From: Limnothrix sp. BL-A-16
GTDB lineage: Bacteria > Cyanobacteriota > Cyanobacteriia > CACIAM-69d
Length of the DNA stretch: 64,000 bases
NCBI GenBank assembly: GCA_041937175.2
Contig: CP166615.1
Location: 2,624,001 to 2,688,000, forward strand
Direction: 5' to 3'
Within the stretch, counting starts at the first letter, position 1, and every line of letters begins with the position of its first letter. This document shows, one piece after another, positions 45,328 through 56,563 of this stretch. The notes beneath the pieces are model-generated. The model ran no database searches, had not been told where the DNA came from, and saw only the letters and a program-made list of their open reading frames with translations. A program made the position numbers and the translations under genes.

Positions 45328-45738
45328 TATCTTTCTCAAACTTGATAAAAGGCTGATGGATCTTCTGAGTTCTAGAATTCAACACCACCAATCCCAACCG
45401 AACGGCCGCTTACAGATAGCCTGCAAACGGACATGTCCAGATAGACGATGACGTTAAATTGGAATAGGAAACGACAAGCCTGAACCCAAGTTCAGGGGTT
45501 GGATGTCGATCAAGAGGTTTTTGAGCAGATTGCAGGTTGCTGCACTATCGGCATCGGTTCAGTGTCTCTGTCACTGGATGCGCAGCTAAATCCTGCTGAT
45601 AAAGCCTGTTGCCCATTCAACTTGGGCATGGAAGTTAGAGGGAGAAAAATTTCCCATTGGTAGTGGCTGGTATGTCAGCACAACGCCTGGTTAATTAGCA
45701 CTATACACCCAAGAAACAGGGAAAGCGTGGCTGAAACT

Positions 45739-45752
45739 GTAAAAATAGATAC
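45739..45752. promoter_or_regulatory. Candidate NtcA box upstream of rocD
   Basis: T-GTA-AAAATAGA-TAC matches GTA-N8-TAC; minus-strand TATAGT at 45705-45700. Confidence 0.5.
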
Positions 45753-45786
45753 GAATCTCAACAACTTTTGCGCCTGAATGCTACGT

Positions 45787-46092
45787 GTCAACTCAATCAG
45801 GGGATTAACTTCGTAACTTTGTGACCGGTCGCCAGGGTTTAGGATCGCCCTCAGAGCGCGGGAAACAAGCTAAAGCTGCTGAAATGGAGGCCCAAATGAC
45901 AACAACAGTGGCGATCGAACAACTGACACTTCAAAACCTCGAAGAGCGGTTTGGCCTCCAGCGCAGTGCTGATCCAGAGTTCTTTCGGGAGTGGCGCGAT
46001 CGGTTGCCGGAATTGGGGCGATCGAGGGCGATCGGCTGCAACGAATCCAAGCCAGCTATGCGAACTTAGCGCGGCGATCGGTGCTCGAAAAT
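45787..46092 (+). repeat. Direct repeat copy 2; frameshifted, truncated gene fragment (ATG 45896)
   Basis: About 92% identical to 32362-32668 by hand count; 1-nt deletion in a G run near 46015; truncated at the same position. Confidence 0.95.
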
Positions 46093-46114
46093 ACGGTCAT
46101 GCGGAATTGGCTGC

Positions 46115-47401
46115 TCAGTCTGTGATTGGCAGTCGAATGCAGAACTCGGTGCCTACACCTAGGTTGGACTGTACTTCTAAACTACCACCATGTTTTTCGA
46201 CCACAATTTCACGGGCGATCGTCAGCCCCAATCCCGTGCCCTTGCCCACGCCTTTTGTCGTAAACAAATGATCAAAAATTCGTTCTCTCACCTCTTCTGT
46301 CATACCTTTGCCGTTATCAGAAATCTGAATCTGTACCTGGTTGGCATCGGCGGTGGTGCGAATCGTAATCTCTTGGGGGTGAGCTTGTAGCTGCTCGAAA
46401 GACTGCCCTTGGGCGATGTCGTCAAACATATCGATCGCATTCGCCAAAATATTCATAAATACCTGATTCAATTGCCCTGGAAAGCAATCAATCACTGGAA
46501 TATCACCATAGTCTCGAATTACCTCGATCGCCGGTCGAAATTCATTGGCCTTGAGACGATATTTCAGAATCAATAAAGTACTGTCAATGCCTTCGTGCAG
46601 GTTAGCGCTGACTTTGTAGACCACATCAGCCCGAGAAAACGTCCTGAGGCTGGTACTGATCGATGTAATCCGCTCCGTAGCTCCCTGCATCGAGACCAAC
46701 ACTTTCGGTAAATCCTCGCTCAAGAATTCCAACTCAATATCATTGGCATGTTCTTGAATGAGTTGATCAGTTTGGGGATACCGCTGCTGGTATAGGCGCA
46801 AATGCTCCAGCAAGGCTTCTACATAGTCTTTGGTGTTGTGGATACTGCCACTGAGGAACCCAATTGGATTGTTGATTTCATGAGCAACTCCGGCCACCAA
46901 ATTACCCAGAGAAGCCATTTTTTCAGCCTGGATCAGTTGCAGTTGCGATCGCGAGAGTTGGTCTAGGGTCAATTGCAACTCAGCCGTTCGCTCTTCAACC
47001 CGACGTTCAAGCTGTTGGGTTAAAGAACTGAGTTGCAGATGGGTATTCACCCGCGCCAACAGCTCTGCTTCTTGAAATGGTTTGGTGATGTAATCAACAG
47101 CCCCCAGCGCAAACCCTTTGACTTTGCTGTCTACAGCCGTTAGGGCAGTCATGAAAATAACGGGGATGCGAGCAGTTCCTGGATCAGCTTTCAACTGCTG
47201 ACAGGTTTCAAATCCATCCATCCCAGGCATTTGCACATCTAGCAAAATCAAGTCGGGGATGTAGGTTTGCAGCCGCTTGAGGGCGCGCTCACCACTGATA
47301 GCTGTAGAAGTGGCATATCCTGCCAAGGACAGGGTTTCGGTAATTACTTCTAGATTGGCGGGTGTATCATCCACCACAAGAATCTTGACACTATCCAGCA
47401 T
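46115..47401 (-). CDS. Receiver-domain histidine kinase (REC-HisKA-HATPase)
   Basis: [45 protein letters not shown]. Confidence 0.93.
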   Translation of the reverse strand: MLDSVKILVVDDTPANLEVITETLSLAGYATSTAISGERALKRLQTYIPDLILLDVQMPGMDGFETCQQLKADPGTARIPVIFMTALTAVDSKVKGFALGAVDYITKPFQEAELLARVNTHLQLSSLTQQLERRVEERTAELQLTLDQLSRSQLQLIQAEKMASLGNLVAGVAHEINNPIGFLSGSIHNTKDYVEALLEHLRLYQQRYPQTDQLIQEHANDIELEFLSEDLPKVLVSMQGATERITSISTSLRTFSRADVVYKVSANLHEGIDSTLLILKYRLKANEFRPAIEVIRDYGDIPVIDCFPGQLNQVFMNILANAIDMFDDIAQGQSFEQLQAHPQEITIRTTADANQVQIQISDNGKGMTEEVRERIFDHLFTTKGVGKGTGLGLTIAREIVVEKHGGSLEVQSNLGVGTEFCIRLPITD

Positions 47402-50024
47402 GAATTATCCCCCCATCAACATTCTCTAAATCTGCTAAATATTGCTGTAGCAAGTCCTCAATTTCTTCAGCCTGAAACTGTTGAGCAAACTGAAGCAGCG
47501 GTTCGGCAAAAGGGATATACCGTTGGTCGGTATGGACTAAATGCTCCAACTGCTCACGTAGGATTTTGATGTTAGCTTGTCGAGCTAGGGCCAACAAGGC
47601 TGATAGGGTTTCATAGGGGGGCGCAACCCAATCCGTGGGGGCAGTCACCACCAAATCTGAAGCGGCGGTTGGAGGTTCGTAGATCCACTCCACCTGTAAG
47701 TGCTCCGACAATAGTTCAAACAATGCTGTGGCATCCACAGGCTTGCCCAGGAAGTCATCACCACCGCTATTGAGGGCCATCTCTTGATCCAACTGAGCGA
47801 CGGAGGCAGAGGAGACAATCACCTTCGTCTGGTGCAACTTGTCGTTGGTGCGAATTTGCTTCAAGAACTCAAAACCATCCATCACGGGCATTGCCAGATC
47901 GGTCACCACAAGATCGGGTTGCTCAGATTGAAGGGAGGCTAACCCCTCTTGTCCGTTTTGGGCTTCGATCACCCTAAAGCCCAGAGGTTCTAAGAGGTTC
48001 AGCAAGACCGCTCGGTTCTCCCAGCGATCGTCCACGATCAGGATCGTCTGCCGATCTCCGGCATAGCCCATAATGCGATCGCACCCTTCTAGTCCCCCTT
48101 GCTGTCTAGCCCAGTCTTTCACTAACAGAAGGTCGAGCGTAAAGGAAAACTCACTGCCAGCCCCCAATTGACTCTTGACCTGGATTTGTCCTCCCATCAA
48201 CTGCACAATCCGCTGACTAATGGCCAGACCCAGACCGGTGCCCTCAGATTGCTTGTGGCGATCGCCTACTTGCTCAAAGGCCTGAAATAGTTTCGTGCAG
48301 TCTGCCTCAGCAATCCCCACCCCCGTATCAATGACCTGAAAAGTCAGGGACACCTGGGTCTCAGAGCAATGCAACACATCAACCCGTAGTGTTACCGTCC
48401 CGTGATCCGTAAATTTGATGGCGTTGCCTAACAAATTAATCAGCACCTGACGCAACCGCTTTTCATCGGTGGAAACGCCATCGGGCAAACGAGAACTGGG
48501 CTGATAGACAAATTCGATGCCCTTTTGCTCAGCCCGAATCTTGCACATTTCCACCACGCTTTGGAGCAAGGAAGGTAAGTGCACTGCGGTTGGAGCCAGT
48601 TCTAGTTTGCGGGCTTCGATTTTGGACAGATCCAAAATGTCGTTGATCAGGGTTAGCAGATGGGAACCACATTGGTGGATGATGTTCACCCCCCGCCGCT
48701 CTTTATCGGGCAAGGCTTTGGAACGTCCTAGAATCTGGGCATAGCCCAAAATTCCGTTTAATGGGGTGCGCAATTCATGGCTCATGTTGGCCAAAAAGTC
48801 ACTCTTTGCCTGGTTCGCCGCATCCGCTTGCTCCTTCGCCTGGGCCAGTTCAGCAGTGCGCTCTGCCACACGGTGCTCCAAGGTGCTAAACGATGCCTTG
48901 AGCTGACCCGCCATTTGATTAAAGGTCTGGGCGAGCTTACCCACTTCATCCTCGGTGAGCACAGGCACGGTTTGGGTTAAATCCCCTGCCGCCAGATGGG
49001 TGGCTGCGGTGCTAATGGCCAAAATCGGACGGGTAATACGTCGAGACAGAAGATAAACCGCAATCAGAAGCACCCCAGAAGACAGAAACCCAATCAGCAG
49101 AATATTTCTGGACAATTGTTGAGCGGGCAAGAAGGCCTGATCTTGGCTAATTTCAGCCATTAAGACCAAATTTTGCTCCGGTAGCCAACGATAAACGCCG
49201 ACCACGGGCACTCCTTGATAGTTGGTATAGCGGCCAAAGCCACTTTGTTGGTTGATCGCAGATTCAATGCCGTCACTGCTGATGCCTTCGGTATCGGGCA
49301 CGGCACTCGTCTCTGCTGATGCGGCTTGCTTTGAGATAAAGACTGTTTTGCCTTTGGCGCGACCCACCAGGTAGGTTTCTGCGGTCTCGCCTAAACCCGT
49401 ATTATCGCGAATCAGCGTATCTACTTCTTCGAGATCTAAATCGACCACGAGAGCAGCCATCCGATCGCCCCGACTGTCCATAATTGGGGTCGCAACAGTA
49501 ATGGCTGCCTTTTGAGTTTTGGGGGAGATGTAGAAGTTGGGAACCACCACATTCAGGCGATCGCGGGTGAAGTAGGTTGCTGGATCGCCTAGGGGGCGGT
49601 ATCTGCCCTCAAGGGTGGGGTCATCGGAAGCAAAGACCACAAACCCACTGTTGCGGGTAATCCGAATGCTGCGCAGATTGGGTTTAATCTGGGTCAGCTC
49701 AGCAATATATTGGTCAAGGGCCTTGCGGGCTTCTGGATAGGCTGGCTGGGTTGGATCCGTGGTCAGCAAAGTATTAATCGCTGTTTGAACTTTACTTTCG
49801 CGACTGACCCATAGGATGTCGCGTAATTGATCCTTAACCCATTTGTTTAGCTGATAGTTTTTGAGCTGTGCAGCGACTGTGAGCCGGTTAATAACTTCCG
49901 CCTCTAATGAGGCCCGAGCTTGGAAGTATGAACCGATCGCCACAGCACTAACGGTGACAATCGACAGCAATGAGAAGTAGCTGACTAACTGGGTTAGCAG
50001 GCTATGAGTTAGCCAGCGTTTCAT
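47391..50024 (-). CDS. Hybrid sensor kinase (periplasmic Cache-like domain, HAMP, HisKA, HATPase, REC)
   Basis: Two TMs around a periplasmic domain ([22 protein letters not shown]); [35 protein letters not shown] overlap with upstream gene. Confidence 0.92.
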   Translation of the reverse strand: MKRWLTHSLLTQLVSYFSLLSIVTVSAVAIGSYFQARASLEAEVINRLTVAAQLKNYQLNKWVKDQLRDILWVSRESKVQTAINTLLTTDPTQPAYPEARKALDQYIAELTQIKPNLRSIRITRNSGFVVFASDDPTLEGRYRPLGDPATYFTRDRLNVVVPNFYISPKTQKAAITVATPIMDSRGDRMAALVVDLDLEEVDTLIRDNTGLGETAETYLVGRAKGKTVFISKQAASAETSAVPDTEGISSDGIESAINQQSGFGRYTNYQGVPVVGVYRWLPEQNLVLMAEISQDQAFLPAQQLSRNILLIGFLSSGVLLIAVYLLSRRITRPILAISTAATHLAAGDLTQTVPVLTEDEVGKLAQTFNQMAGQLKASFSTLEHRVAERTAELAQAKEQADAANQAKSDFLANMSHELRTPLNGILGYAQILGRSKALPDKERRGVNIIHQCGSHLLTLINDILDLSKIEARKLELAPTAVHLPSLLQSVVEMCKIRAEQKGIEFVYQPSSRLPDGVSTDEKRLRQVLINLLGNAIKFTDHGTVTLRVDVLHCSETQVSLTFQVIDTGVGIAEADCTKLFQAFEQVGDRHKQSEGTGLGLAISQRIVQLMGGQIQVKSQLGAGSEFSFTLDLLLVKDWARQQGGLEGCDRIMGYAGDRQTILIVDDRWENRAVLLNLLEPLGFRVIEAQNGQEGLASLQSEQPDLVVTDLAMPVMDGFEFLKQIRTNDKLHQTKVIVSSASVAQLDQEMALNSGGDDFLGKPVDATALFELLSEHLQVEWIYEPPTAASDLVVTAPTDWVAPPYETLSALLALARQANIKILREQLEHLVHTDQRYIPFAEPLLQFAQQFQAEEIEDLLQQYLADLENVDGGIIHAG

Positions 50025-51445
50025 ACGGCTTTCTCCCATTCAGTCCAAATGGTTTTGATCTGATTAATTGCCCAGTCACTGGCTTCAGTGGCAGAAGTGT
50101 TATCTTGCACAACTTTGAGGACGGTCTTTGCCCAGAGTTGTTGACTTTGCACTTCACTAAAGACAGGGTGAATAACTTCGTAGGGAATCAAGCTGGGGCG
50201 ATTGTAAATCTTTAAGGCCGCTGCCAAATGAGGATCAGGAGTATTGCTCCAGAGGGAATTCTTAAACAACTGGGGCATCACGGGCATGACTCGTCCCTTA
50301 AAGCCTGTGATCAACTGATTAATATTTTTCGGCTCAACTAAATAAGCCAGGAAATTTTTGGCCGCTTCTGGATGTGGACAGGCTTTCGGCACGATGGCCT
50401 GTTTGATGCCCTTTCGGGTGAATAAGTCAGTACCATCTGGTTTTTGAGGCCGCCCGATCGTGACCATTTGTTGATACCGTGTCGCTGCATCCTGGTTATA
50501 TTGGTTGGCGGGCAATTGCTGCGTCAGCGGAATCGAGAGGGTCAGATTTTGGGTCATTAAAATACCCCCATCAATGAAACTACTATTGTTACCTCCTCCA
50601 GTCCATTCCAGGGCAGCAGGGGGGACGTAACCCTCTTTGAAAAAGCGAGTAAATTGGTCTAGGGCAGCAATCATTCGTTGTCGATTTTGGGGATCTTCGA
50701 GGGAAAATTCACCCTCACGGGTGATGACTTCAACATTATAGGCATCGAGAAACATCATCAATGAAGTATAGGTGTCGAACCCAGTGGATGACATGCATAG
50801 CCCGATGCCATAAATGTCAGGATGATCTTGCGATCGCAACTGAGTTTGTGCCGTTTTCCAAAACTTCCAAAAAGGATCCCAAGCCATAGGCACATCAGTT
50901 GGGCCAAACCCAATTGCCTCCACTAAGTTTCCCCAGTAGTGGATGTAATCTTCCGCCTGCCACAGGGGGAGGGCATAATAGCTGCGTTCTCCTCTCGCTT
51001 GGCTCCGGTAGTTCACCTGGGAAAGGGCAATGGGGGTGTAGCGGTCTTTAATGGGCAGAATCACCTCTGATAGATCAAGTAATTGATCTTGCCATGCCAA
51101 TTTCGGTGCTAGGTTGGTATCAAGTCCAACGGAATAGACAATATCAGGAATTTGGGGGTTACCCGGTTCAGTCACCAACTGAGAAAGTTGCTGATCAATT
51201 AGATCTACGGGTAAGAGCTTCAAGTTCACGGTCAAACCAGATAGCTCCTCCCAATCTTGAACAATCTGAGCAACTCCCTTGTTTTCTTCTGGTAGAAAAC
51301 CCTGCTCCCACCAAATGGTTAGATCAGTATCGGAGCGAGATTTAACTGAGTTAGTAGGGGAAATTTGGGTAGGGGCAGTGCAGTTGGCTAATCCCAACCC
51401 CAAGCCAAATAGAGAGAGTCGAGTGAAGTCGCGTCGGTTCAGCAT
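50021..51445 (-). CDS. Tat-exported ABC-type solute-binding lipoprotein (sugar-type SBP fold)
   Basis: Twin-arginine NRRDF, lipobox [33 protein letters not shown]. Confidence 0.8.
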   Translation of the reverse strand: MLNRRDFTRLSLFGLGLGLANCTAPTQISPTNSVKSRSDTDLTIWWEQGFLPEENKGVAQIVQDWEELSGLTVNLKLLPVDLIDQQLSQLVTEPGNPQIPDIVYSVGLDTNLAPKLAWQDQLLDLSEVILPIKDRYTPIALSQVNYRSQARGERSYYALPLWQAEDYIHYWGNLVEAIGFGPTDVPMAWDPFWKFWKTAQTQLRSQDHPDIYGIGLCMSSTGFDTYTSLMMFLDAYNVEVITREGEFSLEDPQNRQRMIAALDQFTRFFKEGYVPPAALEWTGGGNNSSFIDGGILMTQNLTLSIPLTQQLPANQYNQDAATRYQQMVTIGRPQKPDGTDLFTRKGIKQAIVPKACPHPEAAKNFLAYLVEPKNINQLITGFKGRVMPVMPQLFKNSLWSNTPDPHLAAALKIYNRPSLIPYEVIHPVFSEVQSQQLWAKTVLKVVQDNTSATEASDWAINQIKTIWTEWEKAV

Positions 51446-51638
51446 GACAACTAATCTGAGGTGGATGGTATTTGAGAACTGAGCGGATAGATGGCGGTGT
51501 TGACTATCACGAAATATGAGGTCAACAATCGATCATGGTTGACTTTTTGAGAACCATCAAACCAAAACCTAGATGAACAGCGGTTGAATAGAAACATCCT
51601 GCTTTAGAATAAAGAGTCTCGATCGCCCCGCCAGAGCC

Positions 51639-52994
51639 ATGAGCAACCAACCCCGCCGCTACCACATCACCACCTTCGGCTGTCAGATGAACAAGGCCGA
51701 CTCCGAGCGGATGGCCGGCATCCTCGACACCATGGGTTTTGCTTGGACCGAAGAACCCGAAGAAGCGGATCTGATTCTCTACAACACCTGCACGATCCGC
51801 GACAACGCCGAGCAAAAGGTCTATTCCTACTTGGGGCGGCAGGCCAAGCGCAAACAAACTAACCCAGACCTGACGATCGTGGTGGCCGGCTGCGTGGCCC
51901 AACAGGAAGGCGAGCAACTGTTGCGGCGCGTACCCGAGGTGGACTTGATCATGGGGCCGCAGCACGCCAACCGCCTCGAAGACTTGCTGGAGCAGGTGTT
52001 CAACGGCAGCCAGGTGGTGGCCACGGAACCCGTCCACATCATGGAAGACATCACCAAGCCCCGCCGCGACAGCCAAATCACGGCTTGGGTGAACGTGATC
52101 TATGGCTGTAACGAGCGCTGCACCTATTGTGTCGTTCCCGGCGTGCGCGGTGTGGAGCAATCGCGCTATCCCGAGGAAATTCGCCGGGAAATGGAAGAAT
52201 TGGGTCGCCAGGGCTACAAGGAAGTGACCTTGCTGGGCCAAAACATCGATGCCTATGGGCGCGACTTGCCCGGGAGCTTGCCCGACGGACGGCACAAGTA
52301 CAACTTCACGGACTTGTTGCGGGAAGTGCATGACGTGGAAGGCATTGAGCGGTTGCGGTTTGCCACCAGCCACCCGCGCTACTTCACAGAGCGGCTGATT
52401 CGCACCTGCGCCGAGCTGCCGAAGGTTTGCAAGCATTTCCACATTCCATTCCAGTCGGGTGATAACGAGGTGCTGAAGGCCATGTCGCGCGGCTACACCC
52501 ATGAGCGCTACCGGCAAATTATCGACACGATTCGCCGCTACATGCCCGATGCGTCGATTAGTGCCGATGCGATTGTTGGTTTCCCCGGCGAAACGGAGGC
52601 GCAATTCCAAAACACGCTGAAGCTGGTTGAGGATATTGGCTTTGATCAGCTCAACACGGCGGCCTATTCGCCCCGACCCGGTACACCCGCGGCCCTGTGG
52701 GACAACCAGTTGGATGAGGAAACCAAGAGCGATCGCCTGCAACGGTTGAATCATTTGGTGTCCGTTAAGGCGGCGGAGCGATCGCAGCGCTATTTTGGCC
52801 GCACGGAATACGTGTTGGTGGAAGATGTGAACCCGAAAAATTCGAGCCAGGTGATGGGCCGCACCGATGGCAATCGGTTGACCTTCTTCGCGGGAGATTT
52901 TGCAGAACTGCGCGGCAAAATTGTCCCCGTCAAAATTACGGAGGTACGGGCCTTCAGTTTGACCGGCGAGGCTTTGTTGCCCGCTCTTTGCTAA
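51639..52994 (+). CDS. miaB: tRNA-i6A37 methylthiotransferase
   Basis: [22 protein letters not shown], radical-[12 protein letters not shown]-terminal TRAM domain. Confidence 0.96.
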   Translation: MSNQPRRYHITTFGCQMNKADSERMAGILDTMGFAWTEEPEEADLILYNTCTIRDNAEQKVYSYLGRQAKRKQTNPDLTIVVAGCVAQQEGEQLLRRVPEVDLIMGPQHANRLEDLLEQVFNGSQVVATEPVHIMEDITKPRRDSQITAWVNVIYGCNERCTYCVVPGVRGVEQSRYPEEIRREMEELGRQGYKEVTLLGQNIDAYGRDLPGSLPDGRHKYNFTDLLREVHDVEGIERLRFATSHPRYFTERLIRTCAELPKVCKHFHIPFQSGDNEVLKAMSRGYTHERYRQIIDTIRRYMPDASISADAIVGFPGETEAQFQNTLKLVEDIGFDQLNTAAYSPRPGTPAALWDNQLDEETKSDRLQRLNHLVSVKAAERSQRYFGRTEYVLVEDVNPKNSSQVMGRTDGNRLTFFAGDFAELRGKIVPVKITEVRAFSLTGEALLPALC

Positions 52995-53086
52995 GACAAC
53001 CGATTCATGTTGGGCGGCGATCGCCCTGAGGTGCGAATTCCCTGGGAACGCAACCCACATTAGTTCGCCAAAGCTAGTTAAGCCAG

Positions 53087-53920
53087 TTAGGCCAAGGCCG
53101 CTCGCGGCGCATTCGTGCTGCTGGTGGCCTTCTGGTTGAGGGTTTCCAGGGCAGCGGCGGCGGCGGATTTTTCGGCTTCTTTTTTGGAGCGACCTTGGCC
53201 GGTTCCTAAAATCCGAGACCCCAATGAAACTTGGCAGGAAAAGAGGGGATTGTGATCCTGGCCGGCAATCTTTTGGGTGTTGTATTTCGGCAAGGAAAGA
53301 CCACATTTGTGGGCCCATTCTTGCAATTGATTTTTCACGTCGAGGCTCGATCGGGCCTGGAGTTCTTCAAGAGGCACTGCGTCAAACAAGGCTTCCACAA
53401 AGGGACGAACAATCTCCACATCCCCATGTTGATCGAGATAGTAAGCCCCAACCAAGGCTTCAAAAGCGCTGCTGAGTAAGTTGGGATTATGGCGACCTCC
53501 CATTTGCTCAACCCCTCGGCTCATTCGCAGTTGCTGACCCAAATTCAAGGCGATCGCAAACTGAGCCAGTTGCTTTTCATCAACGAGGGCCGATCGCCGC
53601 CGGGTCATTTCATCCTCGCCCAAATTGGGAAAACGGCGATACAAATAAGCCCCACTCACAAAGGTCAAAATCGCATCACCCAAAAATTCCAGTCGCTCGT
53701 TATCCTCACCCAGCCGTGGATTTTCCCGCACGAGCGATCGATGGGTGAGGGCCTGAATCAACAGGCTTTGGCAATTAAACCGAGGTAGCTCCGGCACCAA
53801 ATGGGGCATCAACGACGTTTGGGCGATCGACTCCTGAACAGCAAGGGATTTGGCAGGTCGCGGCCAGGTAACCACCCTAGGGCGTTCGGAACCAGACGGC
53901 TGTTGAGCAAAGGCGGTCAT
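53087..53920 (-). CDS. rnc: Ribonuclease III
   Basis: ALTHRS, NERLEFLGDAIL, FEALVGA; dsRBD KNQLQEW...GRSKKEAEKSAA. Confidence 0.93.
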   Translation of the reverse strand: MTAFAQQPSGSERPRVVTWPRPAKSLAVQESIAQTSLMPHLVPELPRFNCQSLLIQALTHRSLVRENPRLGEDNERLEFLGDAILTFVSGAYLYRRFPNLGEDEMTRRRSALVDEKQLAQFAIALNLGQQLRMSRGVEQMGGRHNPNLLSSAFEALVGAYYLDQHGDVEIVRPFVEALFDAVPLEELQARSSLDVKNQLQEWAHKCGLSLPKYNTQKIAGQDHNPLFSCQVSLGSRILGTGQGRSKKEAEKSAAAAALETLNQKATSSTNAPRAALA

Positions 53921-54425
53921 AACGGCGTTGAGTCCTTGGATTGGGAGATTTTGGGCATTGGCAATGGGCCAGTGATCCTAAATAGGCAAGAGGCACAACA
54001 GCAAAACAGCCAGAGTTGGGAGCGCCAGCCACCCAATGCAATCACAACTACGGCGCAGCATCTGATCTTGAATCTCAACCGAGTTGCTAACTATGTGGAC
54101 TGCGAGCCTCAGGACTTTGGCGACTATCGGCGTTCTTGCATATCAAACCTTTACCAGAGCTAGAGCAGAGCTTAAACCCCTACTGGGTTTGGCAGATTAT
54201 GAGTAGAGATTGTCTTATATGGCTAATACCGTATCGATCAATCGTGAAAAACTCGGGAAAGCAATTCTTCAATTCAAGCCTGCTCCAAGGGTAGTTTACC
54301 GCGCTCGAATAGTTGCAGGTCAAAGCATTGGGGGCTTTTTAAAGGTTTCATCAAGCCCCTTAAGCATGAGTGACAGATATCAAATTGGCACGCGATCGCC
54401 CAAAGGACTCTCGCCCCCCATCTGA

Positions 54426-54556
54426 GAGGATGTCTGAAAAGCCAAAATTGCTATTCTGTACGCCCCAGAGATCGATGTAGACAAGGGGCTTAAGCCCCTT
54501 GTTCCTACGACAATTAATCTTCAGCCCATATTGAAAGATACTTCTCAGACATCCTC
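54426..54556 (+). mobile_element. MITE copy 2, 131 bp
   Basis: TIRs GAGGATGTCTGAAAAG / CTTCTCAGACATCCTC; flanks TGA / TAA; internal 22-bp perfect palindrome 54481-54502. Confidence 0.9.
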
Positions 54557-54559
54557 TAA

Positions 54560-54685
54560 GAGGATGTTTAAAAAGTATTCTTTGGCACGGGCAAGCACCA
54601 ATAGTCGTGGAAGGGGCTTGAGCATCTTGTCTCAGTCGATCGCTGGGACATCCAGAACAGCCATTTTGGCTTTTCAGACATCCTC
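54560..54685 (-). mobile_element. MITE copy 3, 126 bp, inverted relative to copy 2
   Basis: TIRs GAGGATGTTTAAAAAG / CTTTTCAGACATCCTC; reverse complement aligns with copy 1; separated from copy 2 by TAA. Confidence 0.9.
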
Positions 54686-54703
54686 TAGGAGGACAGATTC
54701 GTG

Positions 54704-56563
54704 CTAGGAATGGGCGCGATGGATCGGTAACACCACAAGAATTTCCGTTCCTCGATCGAGGGTCGATCGACAGATCAGTTGTCCCCGATGATGTTCCACC
54801 ACAATTTGATAGGTAATGCTTAGTCCCAAGCCCGTTCCCATCCCCACGGGCTTGGTGGTGAAGAACGGATCGAATAATTTGGGTTGAATGGCTTCGGGAA
54901 TTCCGGGGCCATTATCCGCGATCGTGATGGTGAGGTGCTCAGAATCAGACAGGGCTGTGGCAATCCGAATTTGACTTGGTTGATTGAGGCATTCTTGATA
55001 GCTTCGTGAGCGATCGCGCTCATCCAACGCATCGATCGCATTCGTCAGCAAATGCATCAACGCTTGATTGAGTTGTCCTGCAAAACAGTCGATTGGGGGA
55101 ACGGAGCCATAATCACGAACAATTTGAATTTCCGGGCGTTCATTCTGCTCCCGCAATCGATAGCCCAAAATTGTGAGAGCACTCTCGATCGACTCATGCA
55201 AATCAATTGTTTTGAATTCCGCCTCGTCCAGCCGTGAAAACACCCGCAGGGATTTCACAATGTCGCGAATCCGACCAGTGCCCACTTCCATTGAAGAAAA
55301 CACACGATCTAAGTCACCTTGAATGAATTCCAGATCGCTTTCTTGAATCGCCTCTTGCAAATGCTGGGGAGGGTTGGGATAGGCTTCTTGATAAAGCGCC
55401 ACTAGGGCTTGCAACTCCTGGGCATAGTTCTTGGCATGGTAGAGATTGCTATAAACAAAACCCGCTGGATTATTAATTTCATGGGCAATGCCTGCCACCA
55501 TTTTGCCCAAACTAGACATTTTTTCCGAATGGACGAGGCGACTTTGAGCCTGGTGTAGCTCACTCATATACAAATCGGCCCATTCAACCAGTTGATTAAA
55601 TGCCATGGATAAATCGGCAGTGGTTTTATCCTCTTGAGTGATCGGCGCTCTTAACTTTAAGTTGTTTTCCGTAGTGACTTTTTGGACTGTTTTAGTCAGC
55701 TCCAGCAAGGGTGTTGTGATCGTTTTGCCAGCCATTAACGATAGGAAAATTCCCAACAACAAACTCACGAACAAACTGCCGCCCACAATCAGCGCTTGAA
55801 TTTGTCGAATTTCCTGGAGTTGATCCGTGCCAATATTTTCCTGTTCTTCTACTTTTTCAGCCGTATCTAGAAGTTCCTGATGAATGCTATTCAGTTCTAA
55901 ATAGAGCGATCGATAGGAATCACTCACCAGAAAATTCACCAGGGTTTGATGGGCTGCTTCATATTCCTGAGTCGTGTATCCCGGTCGAAGGGTCAATGAC
56001 TGTAATAGGGGAAAAGCAAAGCGCTGATAGTGGCGCATGGACTCATTAAGGCGACTCATTAATTGTTGCCACTGAGCCGCATCAATTCCATCTTTCTGAT
56101 CTTTCATGGTGACCGAGAATTCCACCAACTCCCGGCGCAACTCCGCCAATTTATCGAGGTGTTGTCGTTGGCGATCTTGGAACTGTGATGGATAGCGCAA
56201 TAAGTACAAAGACTCGAATGGGTAATTGAGAATCACCATCCAGTCATCTGCAAAATGGGCTAATTCCTCTTGGCGAATATCAGCAGCCCGAATTTCTGCG
56301 ACGGTTTCGACCGCATAACGGTTGCCCACAAATAGGCCAACACTGGTTCCCAAAATGGCTGTGAAAATTGCTGTTCCAGAAGCTAAACACACTTTCCGCG
56401 CAATGCTCCAATCGCGCGAAAAATGATTCAAGAGTCGTTGATATTTCCCGATCGTGAGGTCTGCCAAACGCCGTGACCACTTTCCTCGGGCAGTCGATTG
56501 AGGACGCGACCAAGGATCCTGTGGAGGGGATGATTGCAGCACGGTACGAGACTTGGCGATCAT
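54704..56563 (-). CDS. Membrane sensor histidine kinase (helical periplasmic domain, HAMP)
   Basis: Two TMs, AHEINNP, DNGPG, FDPFFTTK, GTGLGL. Confidence 0.9.
   Translation of the reverse strand: MIAKSRTVLQSSPPQDPWSRPQSTARGKWSRRLADLTIGKYQRLLNHFSRDWSIARKVCLASGTAIFTAILGTSVGLFVGNRYAVETVAEIRAADIRQEELAHFADDWMVILNYPFESLYLLRYPSQFQDRQRQHLDKLAELRRELVEFSVTMKDQKDGIDAAQWQQLMSRLNESMRHYQRFAFPLLQSLTLRPGYTTQEYEAAHQTLVNFLVSDSYRSLYLELNSIHQELLDTAEKVEEQENIGTDQLQEIRQIQALIVGGSLFVSLLLGIFLSLMAGKTITTPLLELTKTVQKVTTENNLKLRAPITQEDKTTADLSMAFNQLVEWADLYMSELHQAQSRLVHSEKMSSLGKMVAGIAHEINNPAGFVYSNLYHAKNYAQELQALVALYQEAYPNPPQHLQEAIQESDLEFIQGDLDRVFSSMEVGTGRIRDIVKSLRVFSRLDEAEFKTIDLHESIESALTILGYRLREQNERPEIQIVRDYGSVPPIDCFAGQLNQALMHLLTNAIDALDERDRSRSYQECLNQPSQIRIATALSDSEHLTITIADNGPGIPEAIQPKLFDPFFTTKPVGMGTGLGLSITYQIVVEHHRGQLICRSTLDRGTEILVVLPIHRAHS

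Noticed and set aside
51522..53318. 598-aa ORF antisense to miaB
   Set aside because: Antisense shadow of a GC3-rich conserved gene; no motifs.
53801..54425. Short plus-strand ORFs upstream of rnc
   Set aside because: No recognisable domains or good starts; a decayed gene remnant cannot be excluded without a search.
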